Shown piece by piece: positions 49,620 to 64,000 of a stretch of DNA of 64,000 bases. How positions within the stretch are numbered: position 1 is the stretch's first letter; each line of letters opens with the position of its first letter. The DNA is taken from assembly GCF_009914755.1 (NCBI RefSeq), contig NC_060926.1. The stretch is one strand, 5' to 3'. A program made the translations under genes and the position numbers. A model generated the notes under the pieces. The model was not told where the DNA came from and did not search any database. It saw only the letters and a program-made list of their open reading frames with translations. Source of the DNA: the human T2T-CHM13v2.0 reference genome, Homo sapiens.

Positions 49620-49696
49620 CCAGCTCTGCTCCTCACCCTCCTCCGGGGTTCTATAGGTACTCCTTGCCCTTCCACATACTCCTTCTAAAACACTGG
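49620..49696 (-). other. C1D: Probable alternative 5'UTR cassette exon of C1D (77 nt)
   Basis: Pyrimidine-rich acceptor ccctctccgtctgtctctacctctgcag|CCAG, purine-rich body, and near-consensus donor TGG|gtgagt at 49619. Confidence 0.65.
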
Positions 49697-50860
49697 CTGC
49701 AGAGGTAGAGACAGACGGAGAGGGCATGAGAAAACTTGCTTCTCTTCACCACTCAGTAAGGTGTGGCTGAGACTGAGTACCTGGGTTGCGGGGATGCTGC
49801 CCAGTAACCCTAACAGATGTTACTGCCACTCAGTCCTTCCTCTCACTGGTTATACAGAAGCCAAAGTACCGATAGGAGAAAACAAGAGTGCATAGCATCA
49901 CATACAGAACTGAAGTCATCAGCTACCTCTTTCCTTTAATTCTCCACTTCAGGGTGGCCAATCCAGGCAGAAACCTGGGAGGCACCCCAAATCCAATCAG
50001 TCCTGTCAATATGGCTCCCTTAATCTCCTTACACCACAAGCTTTCCTCTATTCTCACTGACTAGATTATTTCAACAGCCTTTGAGTAGTGTCCCTATTAT
50101 CAATTTTTCTCCACTCCCAGTTTTAGAATATTACAAAATATGCTTTAAACAGTCTGGTCATGGTACTCCTCTGTTTAAAATTCTGCAACAGTTCCCTCCC
50201 ACATGGAAGACAGTTCCAAACCCCTCAGCGTAGATGCAAGGCCCATTATGATGTGGCCCTTGCTTGTCTGCCTAACCTCATCTTTCATGGCTCCCCTCTT
50301 CCAATCCTAGAGCTGTGGCCATGATGGCAGTTTTCCAAATGTGCCGTGCTCTCTCACTCTCAACTTTCACCTGTGTGATTCTCTAAGCCTGAAATGCCCT
50401 TCCAACTCCACTTTTTTCAAACGCTGCTTATCTTTGGAGGTAAAAAATAGGTTCCAGTTCGGCCAGTGAAGACTTCTCTGCATGCTCTCCTTCTATGCTC
50501 TCTGTCTGGACAAATACAACAACTATAAGCTGTCATGTCACTTAAAACACTATCTCTTAATGTATTTTTATTTACTTGACTTCTCCTTTGACTACATGCT
50601 CCTTGAGGGGCTGTGTCATATTCATGTTGTATCCCCAGTGGCTGACACACAAGGTGACTATAACTCTCAATTTGCCCAAGACAGTTCCACCTTACGCCTG
50701 TTGTTTCAGCTTGCCATCAACTCAGCTCCTTTCTTTCTCAGAAGTCCCAGTTTGAACAAAAAATTATATGGCTACCCTAAACAATGCAAGTTCTCTGACC
50801 CTTACTACCGCTTCCCATCCCATTTAGCTGGAGAACAGAAGCATCAGAGGAGTTACCCTT

Positions 50861-51239
50861 TGCACCAGTCAGGTTTCAACTAGAGAAGCAGAACCAGTAG
50901 GAGATATATATTAAGAGAGTTATGGCAAGAAACTGGTTTACATAGGGCAGGCTATGAAGGGAGGAACTCATGCTGGAACTCTTGGCTACTAGCTGAAACT
51001 GCTGTCTACAAGTGGAATTTCTTCTTTTTTGGAAGGAAAACCTCAGCTCTGCTTCTAAAGCCTTTCAACTGATTGAATCAGGCCCACCCAGATGATCTAG
51101 AATAATCTCCCTTACTTAATTGATTATGGATTTTAATCATAGCTTCAAAATACTTTCACAGCAACACCTACATTCATGTTTGACTAAATATCTGGGGGCT
51201 ACAGCCAAACCAAGTTGAAACATTAAAAAGACAATCACA
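50861..51239. mobile_element. MLT2-type (ERVL) solo LTR
   Basis: agagaagcagaaccagtaggagatatata...aagcctttcaactgattgaatcaggcccaccca...atcaca. Confidence 0.75.
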
Positions 51240-51553
51240 GCCAGGCACCATGGCTCACATCTGTAATTCCAACACTTTGGGAGACTGACAGGAGGATCAC
51301 TTGAGCCCAGGAGTTCAAGATCAACCTGGGAAACACAGACAGACCCATCTCTAAAAAAAAAAAAAATATTTTTAATTAGCTGGGCGTGATGGCATACACC
51401 AGTAGTCCTAGCTACTCAGGAGGCTGAGGTGAGAGAATCACTTGAGTCTAGGAGTTCGAGGCTGCAGTAAGTTATGATTACACTACTGCACTCCAGCCTG
51501 GGCAACAGAGCAAGGCCCACATCCTTTCTTTTTTTTTTAAAAAAAAAAAAAAG
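51240..51553 (+). mobile_element. Alu (AluJ-like)
   Basis: Dimer with ttgagcccaggagttcaag and gaggctgcagt.ag diagnostic phrases. Confidence 0.88.
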
Positions 51554-51619
51554 ACTATTGCACTAAGATGCATTCCTAGCATCAAAAATATTGTTGCTCT
51601 GACAATACTTTCCCACAAC

Positions 51620-52340
51620 AAGCTTATTTTGATTATCAGGTTCCCAAGTAACAGAACTAGACTTCAAATTCTAGCTAACAAATGTAGAAGAAATGACAAC
51701 TTAAAAAAGAATCACGACTTTGCAACGCCTAATGAAATTGTAGGTTTAGTCAATGACCACCAACAGATCACTAAAAGTAGGTGAAATGCACATATTATGA
51801 ACCTCCTGATGTGAGGCAATATAACATACACAGCACCATCTGCAAAGCATTCCCAACTCCCAAAAAAGCTGAATCTGAACAATTAAGCCTACAGAGCTAA
51901 CTTCCATTTTATAGGAAATCCAAAGGATAGAGGAACAAATTAACACCACAAGAAAGCAAACAAATATGGAGTGAGAAATACAGTACTCTACAGGATAACT
52001 GACCAGGTTTCCATAACAAGTCAACAGCATGAAGCAAAAAAAAAAAAGTGGGGGAAGAAAGACAGAGGAAGAAGAGATTTAAGAGATGTAACAACCAAAT
52101 GAAATACACAGACCTTGTTTGGATCTTGATTCAAATAAACCAAGTGGAAAAAGATAGTTCTGTGAGAAAGAAATCTGAACATGGACAAAGTACTAGATGA
52201 CACCAACAAATTATTGATAATTCTGTCATCTATGATAATAGCAATACAGTTATATAAGAAAATTTCCCTGTCTTTTGAGGATGCACACTGAAGTATAGAG
52301 GGGTAAAATTATGTAACATTTTGAATTTGCTTAAAAAAAA
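51620..52340 (+). mobile_element. Probable ancient L1M 3'UTR fragment
   Basis: gagatttaagagatgtaacaaccaaatg...gaccttgtttggatcttgattcaaa resembles L1MC/ME 3'UTR. Confidence 0.5.
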
Positions 52341-52695
52341 AGTAGCCTCCACAAATTATTACAACTTTGAGAGCAAAGATAAGAACCTATGTACATTATT
52401 TCTATAGTGAAATTAGATGGCTAACTCACAAACTAGCTTTTAGAATACAACTCCGTTCATATATAGGAGAATAACTAAAGAGAAGGTGTCGTCTAGAATA
52501 TTTAAGCAGCTCCATTACATCTCATTTCAATTCCAAATATAACTGGAGTGAGGGAGAGGAAGGTTACTGGGTGCTCACTACATCTGTGATAGTTGCTGAA
52601 CATATAGTCTCAAATGAAGTTTGTATTACTAACATTTCCAACAAAAGGCTCACATTCTAGAGTGTCTATTTATTTCAAGAGTATCACAAAAATCC

Positions 52696-52959
52696 TTTTG
52701 AGACAGAGTCTTGCTGTCTCGCCCAAGCTGGAGTGCAGTGGCTCAATCTCAGCTCAACGCAACCTCTGCCTCCCAAGTTCAAGCAATTCTCCTGCCTTTT
52801 ACAGGTGCGTGCCACCATGCCCAGCTAATTTTTGTATTTTTTTAGGAGAGACGGGGTTTCACCATGTTGGCCAGGCTGTCTCGAAATCCTGACCTTGTGA
52901 TCTGCCCACCTCAGCCTCCCAAAGTGCTGAGATTACAGGTGTGAGCCATCGAGCCCAGC
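52696..52959 (-). mobile_element. Alu with small internal deletion
   Basis: Reverse dimer with very short tail. Confidence 0.9.
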
Positions 52960-53707
52960 AAATTCCCTTCTTTAAAAAAAAAATCCTAATTTCTTGTATT
53001 TTTACCTGGCCCTTAAAAATGCAGGCAAAATAAACAAATAAACAAACACCCAAGACTAATGTCAAATAAAAAACTAAAAAAAGACATATGCAACACAAAG
53101 ATTTTTTTAAAGCCTCTATGAATCAATTTAACAATAACAAAAAAAGTACACACAACCCAAAAGAAAAATAAACAAGAAAATCAACAGTTCACAAATAATC
53201 CAGATGACCAATAAGCATAAAGAAAGCTACTCAGCCTTACTGATAATTAAGGAAACATAAATCGCTAAAATATGATGCCATTTTCATCTGTCAAATAGGG
53301 AAAAATTAAAAAGATTAATAGTACTAAAATGGACAAAGGTGAGCTGAGAACAGCCTCCCATTCACTATTAGTCAGGGTATAAATTAGTTTAGCATTTTTG
53401 TGAGGTAATCTGCACTATGCTTCAAAATCACATATGTACACATGCTTTGACCTAGCAATTTTACTTCTCAAAGTATATTTTAGCGCAAGATAATGTTTAA
53501 GGACTTCCACTGCAATGATCTTTAAAACAGTAAACTTTAAAACAGAACAACCCACACATCCATTATTAGAACCTGGTTAAATAAATTATGATATGCCCAC
53601 CTATTAAAATACTCTGCAGTAGTGAAAAGGTACGAGGTACAGCTTAGAAAGATTCCTAAGATATATTAAGTGAACAAAAGTTGAAGAACAGCATGTATAA
53701 TACATCC

Positions 53708-54014
53708 TATTTATTTATTTATTTATTTGAGTCAAAGTTTCGTTCTTGTTGCCCAGGTTGGAGTGCAGTGGTGCGATCTCAACTCACTGCAACCTCCCCT
53801 ACTGGGTTCAAGTGATTCTCCTGCCTCAGCCTCCCAAGTAGCTGGGATTACAGGCGTCCACCACACCTTGCTATTTTTTTTTTTTTCGTATTTTTAGTAG
53901 AGATGAGGTTTCACCATGTTGGCCAGGCTGGTCTCAAACTCCTGATCTCAGGTGATCTGCCTGCCTCAGCCTCCCACAGTGCTGGGATTAGAGGCGTGAG
54001 CCACCACGCCCAGC
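53708..54014 (-). mobile_element. Alu (AluSq/Sx-like)
   Basis: Reverse dimer with (TTTA)n tail. Confidence 0.92.
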
Positions 54015-55547
54015 TCATCCCATTTATTTTGAAGAAAAAAAGATATATGAATGTGGAGGCATATTTGTATGGTATATGCATGTAAGTTTTCTTAAAGGAT
54101 CCAAAAGAAGCTGTTAACTGTGGTCACTTCTGGGAAACAAAAAGCAAGAAAGTGAGGAAGTACATTTTGTTACACTCTCTGAATTACAATTTTTAAAGAA
54201 TAAAATATGTAACATATTATAATAATACTTAAGTTTATAAATAAAAACTTCGATCATCTCAAATTTTGAAATTTACTTTATTCTCAAACATACCAGATAA
54301 AAATGTCATTTCCCCCTACTTAGCAGCAACAACTAAACCTATATTCTTTACCACTGTTACATTCAAAGAACCATATAAATGTGTTTTCTACACCTAAATT
54401 GTCTAGCCACCAGGCGGCTATTTTCCTCTATTCTCATGGTACAAAAGCCTCCTCTGGCCTGCTTGCTACATGGCCATACCTCCCAGTCAACTGGTTTAAA
54501 GATGCTTTTGCAAGTTCTCATCTTCTCTTTCTGCCCCCAGCCAACCATTCTAGCTCTAGGCCTACTGAACATTCATTCCTAACGAAATTCACAAAAGACA
54601 TAAATTAATGCTACCCAACTGCAACAGGTCCTCTGTCAGTTGCCTGACAGTTCCTTTATTTATCCCTGATACCTCCTCAGCACTTATTGCAAAATGTCAT
54701 GTAAATGAGTAATATTTACTGAGCATTTACCACATGCCAGACACTAAGGACTCTCTTATTCAATAGATATTTAATTAGCCTCCATGATAGGCAGCCCTGA
54801 TACTTGGAAGATAATAGTGAGCAAAAACTTGCCTGCTCTGCACTTACTGTTTAGTGTGGATGATAGACATTAATCAAAGAATCACAGAAATATAAAATTA
54901 CAACAGTAATATGAAGAAATAAATCATGCTATGAGACTATAAACTAGTGTACATGACAATCTGAGGGAAGACAGAAAGCTTCCTCAAGAAAGCACTCGAT
55001 GACAGAGATGAATTAAGCAGACAAAAACTGTAGTGCGGGCAGAGAGAGTTCTCACAACTCTACGACTGGGCACTAATATTAGCTTCACTTTACAGATGGC
55101 ACAACAGAAACAGGTCACAGGGCTGGTAAGTGGTAAAGTTCGGCAGAATGGAACTCAAATCGAATGGAGGAGGAACATCCCTCACAAATCCCATCAGTGG
55201 ATTTGTGTGGGATGCTCTCTGGACAAAATCTTTAATACAACATATAAGGTTTGTTCCTCCCTGAAAATCTATTCCTCTAACCCTTCCAGCCTTAACTCCC
55301 ATCTTTACCCTATTCCCCAACATCACACTCAACTTCTGTTCCTGTCACTACTCCACGTGACTAGAATCTCCGATTTCCTTAGCAACATTCAGCAGGCCTG
55401 GAGCTACCGAACATGGGGCATTAGCAAGTGGCCACAGAGGAAAGAGGACTGACAAAAGCATCTTTAAAACAGCTAACTGGGAGATGTGACCATGAAGGAA
55501 GGGAATTGAGGTCCTGTCATAGTCCTTTCCCTCTACTTGGAATACCC

Positions 55548-55926
55548 GTGTTCCTCCGTTTTGCATTGCTATGCAGGAATACCTGAGGCTGGGTAATTTA
55601 TAAAGAAAAGAGGTTAGATTTGGCTCCCAGTTCTGCAGGCTACACAAGAAGCATAGTGTCAGCATCTGCTTTTGGTGAGATAAAGGGGGAGCAGGCATGT
55701 GACAGGGCAGGAGAAGTGGCAAGAGAAAGAGGAGCTTCCATGTTCTTTTAAACAACCGGCTCTAGGAGTGAACTAATAGAGTGAGAACTCAACTCATTAC
55801 CTCAAGGACAAACCAAGACATTCAATCTGCCTCCATGACCCAAATATCTCCCACTAGGCCTACCTCCAACACTGGAAGTGACATTTCAACAAGAGATTTG
55901 GAGGAGACACATACCCAAATCATATC
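55548..55926. mobile_element. MST-type MaLR solo LTR
   Basis: gcattgctat..aggaatacctgaggctgggtaatttataaagaaaagagg...cccactaggcc.acctccaacactgg...ccaaatcatatca. Confidence 0.8.
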
Positions 55927-56169
55927 AACCTCCTCTTCATAACAGTCTCCATTTTCTTGGCCTAGTGAAACTTATCAATCCTTTAAAACCCACCTCAAAT
56001 GCTCCCTCCTCTATAAAGGTGTCCATACCTCCCAAACAAAAGTGGTCTCTTCTTCCTCTGCTCCCAAGGTTCTCTGAATATAACTGTAATACAGTTATCA
56101 CACTGGTGTGCAACTATCTGCTTGACTTAACATTATCACATATCTATCAATAACACTCCTTAAGTTCTT

Positions 56170-56915
56170 GATAAATCCAAAGGTGTCAATCTTCATTTCA
56201 CCTGATCCATCAGCTGCACCTGACAAAACTGAACATACTACTCTACTGTAAATTCTACAACACCAGACTCAAAATTGTCCTTGTCCCTCACTGGCTGCTC
56301 AGTCTGTCTCATTTGGTGGTTATTCCTCATTTTCCCAACTTGTTAAAATGCCTAAGGACTCAGGCCTTGTGCCCCTTCTCTTTTCTGTCTACATTTACTC
56401 CTTTAACGACTGTCTCCGGTCTCACAACTTTAAATACCATCTGTTCACTGACAATTCCCAAACGTCTGTTTCCAGCAATGACCACTCTGAAGTCCAGAAT
56501 GAACATATTCAACTGCCTACTCAACATCTCCACTTAGATGACTAACAGACATCAAAAACTTATCATGTCCTTAACTGAACTCCGAATCTTCCCACAAACC
56601 TGCCCCTCCCACAGTTTTCTACTTCTCAGTTAATGGCAATTCCCTTCTTCTAGTTGCTCAAGCCCCAAACTTTGACAATAACCTTATTCTTACAATTCAC
56701 TTTCAATCTGTAAGCAATTCTGTTTGCTTTTCCTAGAAAATACATCTAAAATTAAACTGCTTCTCCACCTTCACTTCTTTCCAGCCAGTTAAGATGTTAT
56801 CATCTCATCTGAACTACAACACCTCCGTGATTAGTCTCCTGGTTTTCACCTACCCCACCCCACAGCAAACTATTCTTAAACACAGCAGCCAGAGAAGATT
56901 CTATTAAAACGTGAG
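56170..56915. mobile_element. L2 fragment
   Basis: catattcaactgcctactcaacatctccacttagatg and tagttgctcaagcc motifs. Confidence 0.65.
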
Positions 56916-56918
56916 TCA

Positions 56919-57323
<405 letters not shown>

Positions 57324-58607
57324 TCATGTCACTCCTCTCCTCCTACCTTTCCATTGGTTATTTACTCACTGGGCTATTGCTCAAGGGAAGATTCATGTCG
57401 AGGCACATTTTGAACTCCACATCACTAACATAATGTCTTGTCATGTATTAGTTAGTTAGCAACTATTTGTTTACTAACTAAAACCAATCAAAGTAACCTA
57501 AGACGTAATTTTGGAAACTCTTAATATCAGATTACAGTTTGAGCTTACAGATACTAGAAAGTCACCACATGGATCCAAACAAACATACGATAATGTACAT
57601 TCCAGGGCTCTTCCCATCTCTACACCAAATAATTATACACAGTTATGAACTAAGCCAAAGAACAAATCCAACATGATTGTTTTTTGGAATTTGAGAGCCA
57701 TTTGCTGTTGTTGCACCAGAATTCTATTACTGTAATGAATTACTGTAATGACTTTTTCGCACTGCATTATCTTAGGAGAAAATAACAATGAAATGTACAC
57801 ACAAGTTCTCAATAAATATTGCTGTCTTGGGCAAACAGTGACTCCATGTTAGTGTTGTCTGTAACTCTCCTTCAGTCCCACAGTACAATTCCTGAGTAAA
57901 TATAGACTTCTTCCTTTTCTAAAAAATATATTAACATCTAAAAATAAATTTATCCCAAAGTCTAATAGGAGAGTATATAAATTACGAGGATATTGCTCAA
58001 GATTGAGATGAACAATTACATTAAATTAAATTCACTTCTATTCAAAGTTTAATTCAAAGCATTTCCAAAATTACAGCAATCAAGCAGCAAAATTACCTTC
58101 CAAAACATATGGAAGTTGATTATTACAATTATCTTATTTCTGAAATAAGAGTATATAGTGTTGTTGCACAGATTAAATAAACTAGATAAAAGCCATTAGA
58201 ACGGGGCCTGGCTCAGTTAGCACTCAATACATTAGATAGTATTTTACTAAAAGTGAAAATTACCAAATACTCTAATCCAATGTGAACTATTTAGAGCCAT
58301 GCTTGAAGGGTCAACTTTGGAAACAGTAGCTGAGATAATACATATGAAGAGCCATTTGAAAAGGTAAAAGCAGTTAAGAAAAAAATTACATTACTTTTGA
58401 ACTGTGATACATACAACACAGCTAACTGAAGGCAGCTGTAGTATCTTTTGACTGAGAATTTTATTTTGAAAAACCGTTATTCACACTTGTCACTATCTTT
58501 CAACAAAACAATGAGTTCTATCATTTCCACCAAACACAAACATTTCTCTGTACTTCAATAGGGCTAATCTGTTGTTTTTGAATCAAAAATACAGAGTTAA
58601 ATAACTA

Positions 58608-58778
58608 AAAGTATAACTGGATTGTTTGTAACACAAAGGATAAGTGCCTGAAGGGATGGATACCCCATTTTCCATGTGATTCTTACATATTGCATGCCTG
58701 TATCAAAACATCTCGTGTACCCCATAAATATATACACCTATGTACCCACAAAATTTTTAAATTTAATTTTTTAAAAAA
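58608..58778 (+). mobile_element. L1MA 3'-end fragment
   Basis: gtataactggattgtttgtaacacaaaggata...gtaccccataaatatatacaccta. Confidence 0.8.
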
Positions 58779-59299
58779 TCACGGTTAAGTCTTGGTTCAG
58801 TCCACCATCAGACAGTCCTAATAGGTTAATAAGTGGATAGCAAACATCTCATTGCGACAAATACATCTTTATCAAGCCAAAACTGAACTGTAGTCAGCAA
58901 ACATTGAGGACATTAAAGCTATTTTGAAACAAGTTTGAGTTACACTGAACTTATCCGGGTCATCAAGAAAAACTGCTCTCTTGGATTACCCACTACAGAT
59001 TTCAGCTAAAGGTCGAAATTAGCCCACTATCTCAGATGAGCTAATACTGCAGCAGCAGGCAGTCTGTGAATGTGAATGATAAACGGAGCTAACACAGTAA
59101 AGTTACTCCCCTAGACGTTCCACTTTAGCCTCTCTCCCTAAGCAAGATTGAAAACAGCTGAAAATTGTGAAGACTTCAATGTTTTTTGATTTTTGTTTTT
59201 AATTTCTTCGTCTTCCAAGATTTGAGAAGGGGGTGGTTAACAAACGAAGAAAAAGAGAGAGACCGGAGCAAAAGAGAGAAATGAGGGGCCGGGGTAAGC

Positions 59300-59760
59300 C
59301 AAAGCCTGCAAGCAGCCCCAAAACAAGCGGAAGTGGGGGACCTGCCAACAATGCTGCCCCAACGAAGAGCTGTGAGAGACTGCATTCCTGGAAGGCTACG
59401 CAGCCAAACTCCGATTTTCTCAGTCTGCCCAGAGGATGACAGGGGAATCCCAGGAGAGGAAAAGCGGAGTTAAACAGGAGCAGGAGAAAAACTGAAACTA
59501 CACCTTAGAAAAATACCTCACGGCCTTCGACTCCAGTCTCCCGGAAAGCGGTCGGGCAACGATGACGACAATGACGCGCCGGCTCTGCCCCCGCCACGAG
59601 CGGCGCTTCCCGATGATCTCACGCTGCTCGCCACGCCCCCTGCTCCTTAACTCTTCTCCAAAGGCAAATCTCATTTTGAGTAGCTCAGACCCATGTTGTG
59701 GGAGACGATTGCGGCGGCACTCGGAACTTTTGTCTACCTTTGTACCCGGCTAACACTCAC
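59300..59760 (-). promoter_or_regulatory. C1D CpG-rich, apparently TATA-less promoter region
   Basis: Local CpG enrichment against an AT-rich background. Two TGACG CRE/ATF half-sites (59563-59567, 59572-59576), a KLF/SP-type CCACGCCCC (59631-59639) and an ETS CGGAAGTG (59328-59335). Confidence 0.75.
59517..59565 (-). other. C1D: C1D non-coding exon 1 (5'UTR); TSS approximate
   Basis: The - strand reads GCTTTCCGGGAGACTGGAGTCGAAGGCCGTGAG|gtattt within the only CpG-rich unique segment upstream of the coding exons. Alternative donors would end the exon at 59522 or 59504. Confidence 0.75.
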
Positions 59761-59915
59761 CCCAAATACAGGTTGAGTGTATTTAACCAGGAAAAAAATC
59801 TTAGTTATCGAAACTTTGTTCGGGTTTTTACTTTCCCAGAAGCTTTTTTCAGGGCCCTCATTCTTTCTACCCTTTTATTGTCTGCCTCTAGATGAGCCTC
59901 TTAGAGCAGCTTCCC

Positions 59916-59981
59916 AGATTATCCGTGGGGAAGAACAGGTTCTTTATTAGATTATCCGTGGGGAAGAATGGGTTCTTTATT
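59916..59981. repeat. 33-bp tandem duplication upstream of C1D
   Basis: AGATTATCCGTGGGGAAGAA(CA/TG)GGTTCTTTATT x2, with 2 mismatches. Confidence 0.9.
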
Positions 59982-60342
59982 TTTCCAATCTGTCAGTAAA
60001 AGGTACTTCTATAAAATACAGTAAAAATGAATTAGTAGAAAAATGGGGAAAATATGTGCAAAATACAAGCCCAAATTTTTTATTAGTTTCAAATAAATGT
60101 AAAATTGCATTTCAATGTATGCAATCAGAACAAACATAATAGAAAATAAAGGCATTAACAGAAACTGTACATACTGTTCATTGAAAGTGTAGTATAAGCG
60201 ATTGAGCATTGTCTTAACATTTGTAACTTGTCATTCCACGGCTGTAATTTGATAAAAAGTTATGCATGAAACAGTTGTCCGTATATTAAATGCATGTAAA
60301 AGCATTTTGAACAAGCACCATGTATGTAATATTTAAAGTTTT

Positions 60343-64000
<3,658 letters not shown>

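Noticed and set aside
59916-59981. 33-bp direct repeat as CRISPR-like
   Set aside because: Two adjacent copies with no spacer, in eukaryotic DNA; a simple tandem duplication. The same applies to the duplications at ~17634-17692 and ~47586-47632.

Overview
Primate (most likely human) genomic DNA, AT-rich and dominated by interspersed repeats (Alu, L1, L2, MIR, LTR/MaLR, MER5). No prokaryotic features were seen. The only intact protein-coding gene is C1D (nuclear exosome cofactor, Rrp47 family; 141 aa) on the - strand. It has four coding exons (43869-43732, 42969-42903, 42602-42547, 39612-39448), a non-coding first exon and CpG-rich promoter near 59500-59750, a probable optional 5'UTR exon carrying a uORF (49696-49620), and a 3'UTR with a 25-nt poly(C) tract. 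An FBXL12 retrocopy (19622-21321, - strand, 12-bp TSD) sits inside an old L1; it retains a ~90-nt intron that has been partly inverted and duplicated. An L1PA6-like element with an intact 5' end starts ~780 bp upstream of C1D, head-to-head. Its ORF1 and ORF2 are dead, but an antisense ORF0-like frame is open for 104 codons, and one of its splice donors would join in frame to C1D exon 2. That predicted fusion is the most interesting hypothesis here and is unproven. Repeat subfamily names and boundaries are from visual recognition and are approximate.
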